A stretch of DNA of 64,000 bases, taken from NCBI GenBank assembly GCA_947629005.1, contig CANRCD010000007.1, forward strand, positions 17,661 through 81,660. Reading direction: 5' to 3'. Position 1 is the first letter of the stretch; each line of letters starts with the position of its first letter. The notes under the pieces are model-generated. The model saw only the letters and a program-made list of their open reading frames with translations, made no database searches and was not told the DNA's origin. Of this stretch, positions 20,404 to 29,950 are shown piece after piece. Source of the stretch: an uncultured Clostridia bacterium. Lineage in GTDB: Bacteria; Bacillota; Clostridia; UMGS1883. The translations under genes and the position numbers were made by a program.

Positions 20404-21995
20404 AAAAGCAGGGGCAGCGCAAGCTGAAAGAGCTTATCGAGGGCTATTTTGCCTACTGCGCCGGAGAGCCGCGGCTGGACGCGGACGGCAATCCGCTGCT
20501 TGACAAGAGCGGGGCCGAGATAAGGACGAACGTGCGCCCTCCCACCGTGAGCGGGCTGGCGCTGGCGTTGGGTTTCGACAGCCGCCGCGAACTGACGCGT
20601 TTCTGCGGAAACGCGGCCGAAAATGCCCTTATCGAAAACGCGCTGCTCAGGATAGCCAACTACAACGAGGAAAAGCTCTTTGACAAGGACTGCGCCCGCA
20701 GCGCGATATTCAACCTGTCGAACGGCTGCGGCGAAGATGAAATGGAGAACGCCGCCGAGCTGCGTATTCCAGCCGAACTGCTGTGCGCGGGCTTCATAGA
20801 CCTTTACCGCGACATCCGCGCCGGTAAGCACGCCGAGTACGTGCTAAAGGGCGGGAGAGGAAGCACAAAGTCGTCCTTCGCGGCGTTGGTGACGGTGGAG
20901 CGGCTTTTCAGCCATCCGGACGAGCACGCGCTTGCCATGCGGCAGGTCGGCGCGACGCTGAAAGACAGCGTGTACTCCCAGCTTTGCTGGGCGGCGGCGG
21001 CCCTCGGGGTGGAGGACGAGTTCGAGCGAAAGCAAAGCCCGCTCGAACTTATACGCAAGGCCACGGGCCAGCGGATTTACTTTCGCGGGGCGGACGACCC
21101 CTCGAAGCTGAAATCGCTGGCCCCGCCCTTCGGACACATCGGCACGCTGTGGCTGGAGGAGCTTGACCAGTTCGGCTCCGAGGCGGCGGTGCGCTCGCTG
21201 GAGCAGAGCGTGCTGCGCGGCGGCGACGGAATTGCGATAAAGACCTTCAACCCGCCCCGCTCGCCAGCCGCTTGGGTGAACCGCAGCATGGCCGCGCCCA
21301 AGGCCGGCCGCCTTGTGCATCACAGCACTTACCTTGACGTGCCGCCCGAATGGCTGGGCGGGCGGTTCATCGACGAGGCCGAACACCTTAAGACCGCCGA
21401 CCCGAAGTCCTACGCCCACGAATATTTGGGCGAGTGCAACGGCGACGGCGGGCCGGTGTTTGAAAACCTGACGCTGCGCGAGATTACGGACGACGAAATA
21501 TCGCGCTTCGACAGAACGCTCTGCGGCATAGACTGGGGTTGGTATCCCGACCCCTTCCGCTTTTGCAGGGTGAGCTACGTGGCGGCGGAAAGGCGGCTGT
21601 TCATCTATGACGAGATAAGCGGAAACAAGCTGAGCAACGCGAAAATAGCCAAGCTGCTGCGGGAAAAAGGCGTCGGCTACGGCGACAGGATAACCGCCGA
21701 CAGCGGCGGCGAGGGGCCGAAAAGCATAGCCGACCTAAAGACGGCGGGCTTCCTTATAAGAGGGGCCGCGAAGGGGCCGGGCAGCGTGGAATATTCGATG
21801 AAGTGGCTGTGCGCGCTGAGCGAGATAGTCATTGACCCAACGCGCTGCCCCTGCGCCGCAAAGGAGTTCCTTGAATACGAATACGAAAAGGGGCGCGGCG
21901 GCGAAGTGATAGGCGGCTACCCTGACCGTGACAACCACTCCATCGACGCGGCGCGGTACGCTACGGAGGAAATCTGGCGAAAGAGAGGGGTTTAA
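20400..21995 (+). CDS. Terminase: N-terminal gp3-type small-subunit domain fused to a PBSX-family large subunit
   Basis: IEGYFAYC..RPPTVSGLALALGFDSR (TerS-like); GGRGSTKS Walker A, WLEE Walker B, GIDWG and DNHSIDAARY nuclease motifs. Confidence 0.9.
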   Translation: MKKQGQRKLKELIEGYFAYCAGEPRLDADGNPLLDKSGAEIRTNVRPPTVSGLALALGFDSRRELTRFCGNAAENALIENALLRIANYNEEKLFDKDCARSAIFNLSNGCGEDEMENAAELRIPAELLCAGFIDLYRDIRAGKHAEYVLKGGRGSTKSSFAALVTVERLFSHPDEHALAMRQVGATLKDSVYSQLCWAAAALGVEDEFERKQSPLELIRKATGQRIYFRGADDPSKLKSLAPPFGHIGTLWLEELDQFGSEAAVRSLEQSVLRGGDGIAIKTFNPPRSPAAWVNRSMAAPKAGRLVHHSTYLDVPPEWLGGRFIDEAEHLKTADPKSYAHEYLGECNGDGGPVFENLTLREITDDEISRFDRTLCGIDWGWYPDPFRFCRVSYVAAERRLFIYDEISGNKLSNAKIAKLLREKGVGYGDRITADSGGEGPKSIADLKTAGFLIRGAAKGPGSVEYSMKWLCALSEIVIDPTRCPCAAKEFLEYEYEKGRGGEVIGGYPDRDNHSIDAARYATEEIWRKRGV

Positions 21996-22005
21996 CATTA
22001 AAGCT

Positions 22006-23328
22006 ATGTTTTGGAAAGGAAGGTTGAGGAAGATGTTTACGCCCATATCGAGAGAGGAGGAGATCAGGCGGGCATTCGGCGTCAAAACCGGTGAAAACCG
22101 CATGGACGCCGCCCGCAGACGCTGGCGCGGCCTTTACGAGGGAGGCGGACTGCGACTTGCGGCGGCGGTGGCGGGCGAGCTGGCGCGGCTGACGGTGATG
22201 GAGCTGAAATTTAAGGTGGAAGGCGGCGCGAGGGCCGCGTTCCTCAACGGCTGCCTTGACAGGCTCCGCGCGGGGCTGAGGCAGGACATGGAAAACGCCG
22301 CCGCCGACGGCTGCATAGTCTTTCGCCCTTACCCGAACGGGGATACGTTAAGAGTCGAGGCTGTGCGCTCGGACTGCTTTATTCCTATATCATGGGAAAA
22401 CGGCGTCTGCACGGAAGCGGTGTTCGTGCAGGAGCTGAAAAAGGAGGACGAGCTGTTTACGCGGCTGGAGCATCACTCGCTTGAAAACGGCCGCTACAGG
22501 ATAGAAAACGCGGCTTACCGCAGCAAAGGCGGCGGCCTCGGCGCTCGCTGCTCCCTTGCCGACGCGGACGAGTGGAAGGATTTGGCGGAGAGCGTAGTTA
22601 TCGAAAACGTCAAAAGGCCGCTGTTCGGCCTGTTCAAAACGCCAATCGCCAACACAATCGACCCCGATTCGCCGCTCGGAGTTTCGGTGTTCGCGCGGGC
22701 CGAGGAGCAGATAGCGCAGGCGGACGAGCTTTACGAAAATCTGCTGTGGGAATTCAGAAGCGGCAAACGCCGCCTTTACGTGGACGTGACGGCCTTCGAG
22801 CGAGGGGCCGACGGAAAGCCCCGCCTGCCCGACACGGAGCTTTACCGCGCGATAGACCTCGGCGACGGCGGACTGTTCAACGAGTGGTCGCCCGAATTCC
22901 GTCACGAGGCGCTGCTCTCCGGACTGAACGAGGTGTTAAGGCGCATTGAGTTCAACTGCTCGCTGGCATACGGAACCCTTTCGGAGCCGAGCTACGTGGA
23001 AAAGACCGCCGAGGAGGTGCGCGCCGGCAGACAGCGCAGCTACTGCTTCGTCAGCGAGCTGCAAAGTCAGCTACGCACGGCGCTGACCGACCTCGTTTAC
23101 GCAATGGACGTGTGGTGCGACGTATGCTCGCTTGCGCCGGCAGGCAAGTACGAATGCTCGTTCGAGTTCGACGACTCGATTGCCGCTGACCGCAGAGCCG
23201 AATACGAGGAAAAGCTGCGGCTGACGGAGCTGGGCGTAATGCTGCCGTGGGAGCTGAGGGCGTGGTATCTGGGCGAGAGCGAGGAAACTGCCAAGGCGGC
23301 GCTGAGCCGCGCGGAGGCCGGAGCATGA
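22006..23328 (+). CDS. Portal protein (A118/SPP1 gp6-like); start may be 22033
   Basis: Follows terminase; FTRLEHH, PIANTIDPDSPLGVSVFARA, LRRIEFNCSLAYGTLS and FDDSI motifs. Confidence 0.88.
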   Translation: MFWKGRLRKMFTPISREEEIRRAFGVKTGENRMDAARRRWRGLYEGGGLRLAAAVAGELARLTVMELKFKVEGGARAAFLNGCLDRLRAGLRQDMENAAADGCIVFRPYPNGDTLRVEAVRSDCFIPISWENGVCTEAVFVQELKKEDELFTRLEHHSLENGRYRIENAAYRSKGGGLGARCSLADADEWKDLAESVVIENVKRPLFGLFKTPIANTIDPDSPLGVSVFARAEEQIAQADELYENLLWEFRSGKRRLYVDVTAFERGADGKPRLPDTELYRAIDLGDGGLFNEWSPEFRHEALLSGLNEVLRRIEFNCSLAYGTLSEPSYVEKTAEEVRAGRQRSYCFVSELQSQLRTALTDLVYAMDVWCDVCSLAPAGKYECSFEFDDSIAADRRAEYEEKLRLTELGVMLPWELRAWYLGESEETAKAALSRAEAGA

Positions 23329-23639
23329 AACTGAGGCACATAAGGGTGTTCAGCCTTAACAAAGAGGCCGGAGGGTACGCATATAACGACTACCGCGGTA
23401 CGGCGGAACTGGAGGACGGCGACGAGACCGACAAATCGGGCCGCCGCAGACGCTGCTTAGGCAGCGTGAGGCTGATGACGCGCGAGGACATACGCGCTGT
23501 GCCAGGGGATTACGTGAGCCTCGGCTTGGCGGAGGAGCCCGACAAGGGGCGCGACTTTTACATAACCGCCGTGAAGGACAACCGCAGGGGCAACCTCCCC
23601 CACTGGAGGCTTTTGGTCGGAAGGAGGGGACTGGGCTGA
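23325..23639 (+). CDS. Putative head-closure/stopper protein
   Basis: ATGA overlap with portal; PGDYV..ITAVKDNRRG.LPHW. Confidence 0.6.
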   Translation: MKLRHIRVFSLNKEAGGYAYNDYRGTAELEDGDETDKSGRRRRCLGSVRLMTREDIRAVPGDYVSLGLAEEPDKGRDFYITAVKDNRRGNLPHWRLLVGRRGLG

Positions 23640-23974
23640 AGCTGACGCTGAAAAACGCGGACGAAATACTACGCGAGCACGGCCTTGAAAACGGCGGCGC
23701 GGTGCAGCGTACTGTTGACGAGGCCGTTATAAGCCTGTGCGAGCCGTACGTGCCGGTGGACACGGGAGCCCTCAAGGCCAGCCCATACACATACTCGCCG
23801 CCAGGCGAGGGAAGGGTGGTTTACGGAGTGGCTTACGCAAGGGAGCAGTACCTTAACAACAAGGGCGACGGCGGACTGCGCGGCGCAAGGTGGTTCGACC
23901 GCATGAAAGCCGACCGCCTTGGCGACATTGTGGAGCGGGCGGCCTCTGCCGCAGGCGGAAAAGCGGAATATTAA
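23636..23974 (+). CDS. Neck/tail-completion protein (Minor_capsid_2-like), probable CTG start
   Basis: PYVPVDTGAL..YAREQY..RGARWFDRM; AAGGAGG RBS upstream of CTG 23636. Confidence 0.7.
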   Translation: MKLTLKNADEILREHGLENGGAVQRTVDEAVISLCEPYVPVDTGALKASPYTYSPPGEGRVVYGVAYAREQYLNNKGDGGLRGARWFDRMKADRLGDIVERAASAAGGKAEY

Positions 23975-23989
23975 AGAAAGGAAAATGAA

Positions 23990-24307
23990 ATGAAGTTCGT
24001 TTTTGAGGATTTTTCCCGCGAGGTGGACAACACCGAGGTATCGGTGGCAAAAAAGTACGAAAAATGCCTTGAGGACTTTTACGTCCGAGTGGCGAAAATC
24101 GACATGAAGGGTACGGCCAGCGGCATATACGGCGAGATAGTGGACGCGGGCATGGCCATGATGGAGGACTTCTTCGGCAAGGGCAGCGCGGAGGAGATGT
24201 TTAAGGAGAGCCGCAGCGTGAGAAAGGTCATGACGGCGGTATGCGGCCTCAACAAATACATGAACGACATAGGCTCCGTCATTGAGGAAATGAAGGGCCT
24301 GTCGTGA
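23990..24307 (+). CDS. Putative tail assembly chaperone
   Basis: 105 aa, helical, EDFFGKGSAEEMF; directly precedes the Gp15-like gene. Confidence 0.55.
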   Translation: MKFVFEDFSREVDNTEVSVAKKYEKCLEDFYVRVAKIDMKGTASGIYGEIVDAGMAMMEDFFGKGSAEEMFKESRSVRKVMTAVCGLNKYMNDIGSVIEEMKGLS

Positions 24308-24840
24308 GCATAATTACGGGTGCGCTCCCCGACAGCGTTGAGTTTGAAGGCAAAAGCTACGCGGTCCACACGGATTTCCGCCGCTGGATAGCCTTCTTCG
24401 AGGCCGCCGGAGAGAGGGATTTGGTGGGTATGCTGAAGGTTTACCGCGAACTGCCGCCCTCGGCGGATACGGCCGTCGCGCTGGCGTTAGGCTTCGGAAA
24501 CGGAGCGGCTCTGCCTTACGGGGGCGGAGGGAAAAGAGCCGTGCTGGACTTTGAGACCGACGCCGCGCTGATTTACGCCGGATTCATGGGGGAATACGGG
24601 ATAGACCTATGCGAGGCCAGTCTGCACTGGTACAAGTTCTGCGCGCTGCTTGCGGGACTGGGACAGGACAGACGTATCTCGCAAATCATGGAGCTTCGCG
24701 CCGAGGACGCGGGGCTTGTGCAGGACAAGGCCCGTAGGCGCAGACTGCGGGAGCTTCAGCGAAACTACGCCATACCTGACAGAAGGTCGGCGCAGGAAAA
24801 GGACGGCGGACTCGTTCGCTGTCTGGGCGAATTTTATTGA
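24304..24840 (+). CDS. Gp15-family (A118) tail assembly protein
   Basis: TDFRRWI, LDFETDAALIYAGF..EYGIDL..LHWYKF. Confidence 0.8.
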   Translation: MSIITGALPDSVEFEGKSYAVHTDFRRWIAFFEAAGERDLVGMLKVYRELPPSADTAVALALGFGNGAALPYGGGGKRAVLDFETDAALIYAGFMGEYGIDLCEASLHWYKFCALLAGLGQDRRISQIMELRAEDAGLVQDKARRRRLRELQRNYAIPDRRSAQEKDGGLVRCLGEFY

Positions 24841-24855
24841 GAAAGGGGAAGGGAA

Positions 24856-25230
24856 ATGACGACGGAGATTTCCGAGGAGGAAAAGACGCTCGGGGCCGAG
24901 GAAGAGCTTGAGGCTCTCAGGGCGGAAAACGAGGCCCTGCGCGCCCGCGTGGCGGAGCTTGAGGCCGAGCTCGACGCGGCGAGGCTCGATTTCGCGGTGG
25001 AAAACGAGCTGCGCGGCTTTGGGGCAAAGAGCTCCAAGGCGGTGCGCGCGCTGCTCGACATGGGCGCAGTGGAGCTCGCCGACGGCGAGGCCAAAGGCCT
25101 TAAGGAGCAGCTTGAAAAGCTGCGCGAGGAGCACGGCTACCTATTCGCGGGCAAAACGCCCGCGGTGGCGGCTCCCACAGGAAAAAGCCGCGGAGGCGGC
25201 TTCGGCTTCAAATTTACGGGCGTCAGATAG
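24856..25230 (+). CDS. Capsid scaffolding protein (GP20-like)
   Basis: Acidic coiled coil; GAKSSKAVRALLD..GLKEQLEKL..YLF; directly before the capsid gene. Confidence 0.8.
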   Translation: MTTEISEEEKTLGAEEELEALRAENEALRARVAELEAELDAARLDFAVENELRGFGAKSSKAVRALLDMGAVELADGEAKGLKEQLEKLREEHGYLFAGKTPAVAAPTGKSRGGGFGFKFTGVR

Positions 25231-25258
25231 ACGCATACAAAAGGAAGGAGAATGACTA

Positions 25259-26137
25259 ATGGCAACCTTGAATTACGCGACTGAATACGCGGGCGGCCTC
25301 GCGCAGGCCTATCCTTACGTGCTGAACTTCGGCGCGCTTTACGCCTGCGAAAACGACAGCCGCTACCGCTGGGTGAACGCTAAAACCATCGAGATACCCA
25401 GCATTACCACCACCGGCCGCGTGGACGGCGACCGCGATACCGTGGAGCAGGCCAAGCGCAACTACGACAACGCTTGGGAAATGAAAACTCTCTCCCATCA
25501 CCGCAAATGGAGCACGCTCGTGCACCCTATGGACATCGACGAAACCAACATGGCGGCCTCGATAGGCAATATCACGCAGGTATACAACGAGGAGCAGAAG
25601 TTCCCCGAAATGGACGCCTACACCGTATCTGAGATATACAGCCAGTGGACGACCGCGGGGCAGAGCCCCGACACCACCGTGCTGACCGCCGATAACGTGC
25701 TTTCGGTATTCGACGCCATGATGGAGGCTATGGACGAGGCACGCGTACCCGCAAAGGGCAGAATACTTTACGTGACGCCCGCCGTTAAGACGCTCATCAA
25801 GAACGCCACGGCCCGCACCGTGAACAACGGCGAAAGCGGAATAGAACGCTCGGTGGCCGACATTGACAGCGTGGAGATCATCGCGGTGCCGAAGGACCTG
25901 ATGAAAACCAAGTACGACTTTGACGAGGGCTGGGAGGTAAACGAGGCCGCAAAGCAGATAAATATGCTGCTCATCCACCCCAGCGCCGTCATTACGCCCG
26001 AAAAGTACACCTTTGCCCGTCTTGACGAGCCCAGCGCCGGCAGCGAAGGCAAGTATGTGTACTACGAGGAGAGCTACGACGGCGTGTTCATCCTGAACAA
26101 GCGCGTGGGCGGTATAGCCGTAAACGCGGAGGCTTAG
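25259..26137 (+). CDS. Major capsid protein
   Basis: LNYATEY, AKTIEIP, FPEMDAY, RILYVTP and YDGVFIL motifs; strong AAGGAAGGAG RBS. Confidence 0.85.
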   Translation: MATLNYATEYAGGLAQAYPYVLNFGALYACENDSRYRWVNAKTIEIPSITTTGRVDGDRDTVEQAKRNYDNAWEMKTLSHHRKWSTLVHPMDIDETNMAASIGNITQVYNEEQKFPEMDAYTVSEIYSQWTTAGQSPDTTVLTADNVLSVFDAMMEAMDEARVPAKGRILYVTPAVKTLIKNATARTVNNGESGIERSVADIDSVEIIAVPKDLMKTKYDFDEGWEVNEAAKQINMLLIHPSAVITPEKYTFARLDEPSAGSEGKYVYYEESYDGVFILNKRVGGIAVNAEA

Positions 26138-26139
26138 GC

Positions 26140-26475
26140 ATGAGCTACGAGGAATACCTGTCCGTCTGCTCCGGCCAAGAGCCCATTCCGGAGGACGAGT
26201 TCGCCTTTTACGACAAAAAGGCCGGAGCCCTTTTGAGCCTCTTTACCTTCGGCAGAAGCGACGACTCGGACGACGAGGCCGTGAAATACGCCCGAGCGGA
26301 AATTGCCGGATATATCTTTGAAAACGGCGGCCGGAGGGGTATTGTCAGCGAAAGCAACGACGGCCTCAGCGTCAGCTACGACGGCAGCGATGACGCCGGA
26401 GCTTACGCCATCGCAAAGCAGTGGCTGGGCGGCGGAGGTATGATGTACCAAGGAGTTGAGCGCTGTGATAATTGA
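26140..26475 (+). CDS. Head-tail adaptor
   Basis: SYEEY..TFGR..VKYA..SESNDGLSVSY..MYQGV. Confidence 0.7.
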   Translation: MSYEEYLSVCSGQEPIPEDEFAFYDKKAGALLSLFTFGRSDDSDDEAVKYARAEIAGYIFENGGRRGIVSESNDGLSVSYDGSDDAGAYAIAKQWLGGGGMMYQGVERCDN

Positions 26476-26875
26476 CGGCGTTAAGCGGTTTTTCGAGGGC
26501 TGCCCCCTGCTCGGGGGAGCGGAGGTAAACGTGAATTACCTCGGCAGGGACGGCGGCGAGTACAGCATTGACAGCCTCCCCTCCTCCCCGCTGGTGAAGC
26601 GGTACGTGGACGGCGGAGAGGTGCGCCGCTTCGACTTTACCTTCGCGGCAAGGGAGTTCCACGACGCCGACTGCCGCCAGAACACCGATTCGGCCTTGGC
26701 GTGCGAAAGGCTTATCGAATGGATAGAGGCCGAGGCCGAGGCGGGCAGGCTGCCGGAGCTTGACGGCGGGCTGGAGGCGCTGGGCCTTGAGGCGTTGAGC
26801 GGCGGATACGTCAGTTCCTCGAACGACGCTACGGCGAGATTTCAAATTCAATGCAGACTTACATACAGAAAGTGA
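26465..26875 (+). CDS. Tail terminator protein
   Basis: GTG after AGGAG; VNYLG..EYSID..KRYVDG..ARFQIQCRLTY; precedes tail tube. Confidence 0.7.
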   Translation: MIIDGVKRFFEGCPLLGGAEVNVNYLGRDGGEYSIDSLPSSPLVKRYVDGGEVRRFDFTFAAREFHDADCRQNTDSALACERLIEWIEAEAEAGRLPELDGGLEALGLEALSGGYVSSSNDATARFQIQCRLTYRK

Positions 26876-26883
26876 GGAGAAAA

Positions 26884-27345
26884 ATGGCTACTTCCAAAAG
26901 ATGCGACAAGGTGGCCTTTATGGGCGTGAGCGGCAAGTTCCACAGAATGACGAATTTCACGGAGATAACCACAAACAAAAATCCCCGCGAGTACAACCGT
27001 CAGTACGTGGACGAGGAGTTTGAACGGGCCGACGTGGTGGGCTACAACCCCTCCGTCAGCTATGCCTTCGACTACGACAAGGAAAACCCCGTGCACGGCC
27101 TGATAAAGGACATCGTTGACAAGGAGCTCGTCGGCGACGAGGCCGTGGTGGAGATAATAATGGTGGACATCGACGCCCCAGACGGGGAAAACAACGGCAT
27201 AAGCCGCCGCTGGAGCGTCATTCCCGACGCCGAGGGCGCAAGCCTTGACGCCTACACCTACAGCGGAAGCTTCAGGGCCAACGGTGAAAAGACCGCCGTT
27301 AAGGTGACTTCCACCGACGGCTGGCAAACCGTTACCAAGGGCTGA
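26884..27345 (+). CDS. Major tail tube protein
   Basis: KNPREYNRQYVDE..DVVGYNPSVSYAFD; GAGGAG RBS. Confidence 0.75.
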   Translation: MATSKRCDKVAFMGVSGKFHRMTNFTEITTNKNPREYNRQYVDEEFERADVVGYNPSVSYAFDYDKENPVHGLIKDIVDKELVGDEAVVEIIMVDIDAPDGENNGISRRWSVIPDAEGASLDAYTYSGSFRANGEKTAVKVTSTDGWQTVTKG

Positions 27346-27365
27346 GAGACCGAGGAGGTGGAAGC

Positions 27366-29111
27366 GTGGCGGCCGACGGAAGCATAGTTATTGAAACCCG
27401 CCTCGACACCGACGGCGTTGAACGGGGTCTGAGCGAGATAGAAAAGGCCGTGGAGAGCAGGCTGGAGGCCGTGGAGGACGGCGCTAAAGGCCTGATGGAC
27501 GCCGTCAGAAACGCTATCGGCTCGGCTGATTTGTCAGAGAGCGCCGCGGCGCTTATCGCCTCCGCCGCAGACGCAATAACGGGCGGAGCGGGGAGCTTAT
27601 TCTCCGCAGCCCTCGGGGCCGCCGCCGAGGCGGCTTCGGGTCTGCTTGGCGGAGCGGGACAGTTCAGCTCGGGCGGGGCCGCGCTCTCCTCTGCGGCGGC
27701 CTCGGGCATAAACGGAGCGGCGGGGGCGGTGGCCTCCGCCGCCAGAAGCTCGGCCGCGGGCGGGGCCACGGCGGCGGCCTCAGTTTCGGGGCAGTTCTCG
27801 TCGGTGGGCGCAAACCTGATGAGCGCACTCCGCAGCGGTATCGCGGCGGGCGCTTCGGCGCTGTACGCCAAGGCCGCGGCCATTGCCGCCGGAGTGGTGG
27901 CGAGGATAAAAGGCGTTTTCGGTATTCACTCGCCATCAAAGGTATTCCGCGACGAAATCGGCAAAATGCTGATGATGGGCCTTTCCGAAGGTATATTGCA
28001 GAATAAGGAGGCCGTGCTCGCGGCCTGCGAGGATCTGAGCGCGGATATGCTCGACTCCGAGAAAAAGTACCTTGCCGAGCGGGAACGCGTCGAGGCCGAG
28101 CAGGACGAGGCCGACGAAGCCCGCCGCGTGCGGGAATACGAAAAACGGCTGGCCTCGGCCAAGGACGAGACGGAGATGGAAGAAATAATCGCCGAAGAGC
28201 GGCTGAGGCTCAAAAAAAGGGCCGACGACGCTTATCTCGCCCAGCTCAAGGAAAGCTCCGAGCGGGAGCGCGAAATCGTGGATCAATTAAAGGACGACAT
28301 CACCGCCGTATACAAGGACATTGCCGAGTACGCGGAAAACGGCCTTGAGCCTATAGTAAAGAGCCGCGACAAGCTGAGCGAACGGCTGAAAAAATACGCC
28401 GCCGAAAGCTTTGGCTACGAGGAGCGCGAGTACAGCATAAGCCTTCGCGAGGAGACGTCAATCGGGGCGGTGAGACGCCGCGATGCGACAATGCCGGTTT
28501 ATCTGCTCTCCGACCAGAGGGGAACCATCGAAACGCTTCGCGGCTACAGCGAGGCCCTAAGCTCGCTTTCAAAAAGGCTGAAGGAGAGCTTTTCGCCGGA
28601 AACGGCTCGCGACTTTATGCACGCGCTGGCCGAACTGGACGTGGAGGAAGCCTCGACCTTCGCACAGACGCTGCTGACCGCCGACGACCGTATGTTCGGC
28701 GATTATGTGGAGCGCTGGACCGAAAAGAACGAGCTGGCCGAGGCCATTGCCAGCCAGCTTTACAGCGATGAATTCACCGAGGCGGTTGACGACTGCACCG
28801 ATTATATGAAATCGGCGCTGGAGGCAGTGGGGCTTGAGGCTCCGGAGGGCTTTTTTGCAAGCGGAGCGGCCAGCGCGCGGGAATTTGGCAGGGGCTTTAG
28901 CGAAGGGCTGAACAAGGCGCTGGAGGACGCGCGCGGACTTATCGAAAGCTTCGGCGGCTTCGGCGCGGCTTCGGCGGGCTCGGGCGGCGTGGTGAACAAC
29001 ACAAATTACTACAACAGCTACTCCATAAGCGGCACAAAGAGCACCGCTGCGGAAAGCATCCGCGCCGTTGAGGCCGCGGCTACAATGAACAGGTACAGGG
29101 GGCTTGGCTGA
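27366..29111 (+). CDS. Tail tape measure protein (short, 581 aa)
   Basis: MAADGSIVIETRLD start; Ala/Gly-rich; FGIHSPSKVFRDEIG motif. Confidence 0.85.
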   Translation: MAADGSIVIETRLDTDGVERGLSEIEKAVESRLEAVEDGAKGLMDAVRNAIGSADLSESAAALIASAADAITGGAGSLFSAALGAAAEAASGLLGGAGQFSSGGAALSSAAASGINGAAGAVASAARSSAAGGATAAASVSGQFSSVGANLMSALRSGIAAGASALYAKAAAIAAGVVARIKGVFGIHSPSKVFRDEIGKMLMMGLSEGILQNKEAVLAACEDLSADMLDSEKKYLAERERVEAEQDEADEARRVREYEKRLASAKDETEMEEIIAEERLRLKKRADDAYLAQLKESSEREREIVDQLKDDITAVYKDIAEYAENGLEPIVKSRDKLSERLKKYAAESFGYEEREYSISLREETSIGAVRRRDATMPVYLLSDQRGTIETLRGYSEALSSLSKRLKESFSPETARDFMHALAELDVEEASTFAQTLLTADDRMFGDYVERWTEKNELAEAIASQLYSDEFTEAVDDCTDYMKSALEAVGLEAPEGFFASGAASAREFGRGFSEGLNKALEDARGLIESFGGFGAASAGSGGVVNNTNYYNSYSISGTKSTAAESIRAVEAAATMNRYRGLG

Positions 29112-29950
29112 TGGAAATGATTTTTGAAAACGCCGCCGGCAGCGTGCGGCTGGACGGCGGCAGGGGCGGCGCTCCCTTCCGCATACGCGCGGCGGAGGGG
29201 CTGGGCTACATGAGCATGACGGCCGCCACCGCCGAATATCCCCGCAGAGCGGGCCAGAAAACCATAACACGCACCGCCGGCGCGAGAATCATCACGCTGA
29301 GCTTTGACGACGCGGCCGCCGGCGCCAACACCGAGGGCGTTCTGGCAAGAATATTCCACGGAGAGGGGCGGCTGACCGTCGTCAGCGGAGCAAAGCGCGT
29401 ACACGCCGACTGCTACGCCAGCGCAATGAGCGCGCAGCAGCGCTTCGGCACGGACTTCGGACGCTATACGGTGCAGCTCACCTGCGATTATCCCTACTTC
29501 AAGGGCGAGACGCGGCTCGCGCCGCTGTTTGGGCGCGAAAAGCTGATAAAGGCGGGCTTCTCGCTGCCGTCAATACTGTCGCGCCGCACGGAGGGGAACA
29601 AAGTATCCGTTGGCGGCGACGCGGACATATACCCGCGGCTGCTTCTGGGAAATCTGTCCTCGGCGGAGGAATTTACCCTCGAGGCGCTGAACGAAACCAC
29701 CGGCGCGGCGCTCCGTCTCAATCTGCCCGCCGGAAGCTACCCGTCGATTGAGGCGGACCTTGCCGAGGGCAGCATAAGCTGCGGCGGAAAGGATTTGACG
29801 CGCTATCTTGACGAGGATATCTACATGAGCGATTTCCTGCTCAGCCGAGGCGAAAACTCCCTGAAAATCAAGGCCGAAGGGCTTACAGGCGAGGCTTGGG
29901 CAACGGTGGAATTTGAGGAGGAGTACGTTTCGGCATTGGAGGAAGCATGA
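29111..29950 (+). CDS. Distal tail (Dit)-like protein
   Basis: Follows tape measure; EGLG..RIITL..QLTCDYPYF..FLLSRGENSL. Confidence 0.7.
   Translation: MEMIFENAAGSVRLDGGRGGAPFRIRAAEGLGYMSMTAATAEYPRRAGQKTITRTAGARIITLSFDDAAAGANTEGVLARIFHGEGRLTVVSGAKRVHADCYASAMSAQQRFGTDFGRYTVQLTCDYPYFKGETRLAPLFGREKLIKAGFSLPSILSRRTEGNKVSVGGDADIYPRLLLGNLSSAEEFTLEALNETTGAALRLNLPAGSYPSIEADLAEGSISCGGKDLTRYLDEDIYMSDFLLSRGENSLKIKAEGLTGEAWATVEFEEEYVSALEEA

Noticed and set aside
23990-24840. Programmed frameshift between the tail chaperone genes
   Set aside because: No clear slippery heptamer at the junction; an ordinary GTGA overlap explains the coupling.
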